Both the position numbers and the translations under genes were made by a program. The notes under the pieces are model-generated. The model made no database searches and was not told the DNA's origin. It saw only the letters and a program-made list of their open reading frames with translations. Of a DNA stretch of 64,000 bases, positions 63,862 through 64,000 are shown in pieces. Origin of the DNA: Mobula hypostoma (taxonomy: Eukaryota); contig NC_086097.1 in the NCBI RefSeq assembly GCF_963921235.1, positions 199,828,001-199,892,000 on the forward strand. Reading direction: 5' to 3'. Numbering within the stretch: the stretch's first letter is position 1; every line of letters starts with the position of its first letter.

Positions 63862-64000
63862 TTTACTTCAATTGTTTGCACAACTTGTATTTTTCTTTCT
63901 TTCGCTTGCGCATCAATTGCTAATCTTTTATTTTTATTTTTATTTTTTTAGTTGAGTTCTTTCGGGTTTCTTGCTTTGTGGCTACCTGTGAACAAGCAAA

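Noticed and set aside
1..64000. Prokaryotic-type systems (CRISPR array, retron, operon) suggested by the many RT ORFs and short repeats
   Set aside because: Spliced vertebrate gene with GT-AG introns; the RTs are CR1 LINE type; no regularly spaced repeat-spacer array

Overview
Eukaryotic (vertebrate) genomic DNA. The repeat landscape (HE1-like V-SINE, dense CR1 LINEs, Penelope tails) suggests a cartilaginous fish, possibly a batoid; this is an inference. The whole window lies inside one plus-strand gene recognisable as EFR3A (PI4KIII-alpha plasma-membrane scaffold). Twelve internal coding exons (246 to about 59230) splice in phase into about 470 codons; start and stop codons lie outside the window. 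The introns contain many CR1 LINE copies, one with a fully open 999-codon ORF2 and part of an SGNH-esterase ORF1. They also hold Penelope-like remnants and short Penelope terminal-repeat insertions with minimal hammerhead-ribozyme motifs, an IR-DR Tc1 (DD34E), Tigger-like, hAT and mariner non-autonomous elements, Rex1/Babar and L1-clade 3' fragments, and tRNA-derived SINEs. Most interesting: (1) three CR1 copies from two subfamilies end ORF1 with an in-phase U_UUA_AAC/U slippery heptamer plus stop, with an AUG-less ORF2 in the -1 frame, suggesting programmed -1 frameshifting; (2) hammerhead-bearing Penelope mini-insertions with TSDs and inverted architecture; (3) long inverted CR1 pairs bracketing EFR3A exons. 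Repeat boundaries are read by eye and approximate unless a TSD is cited.
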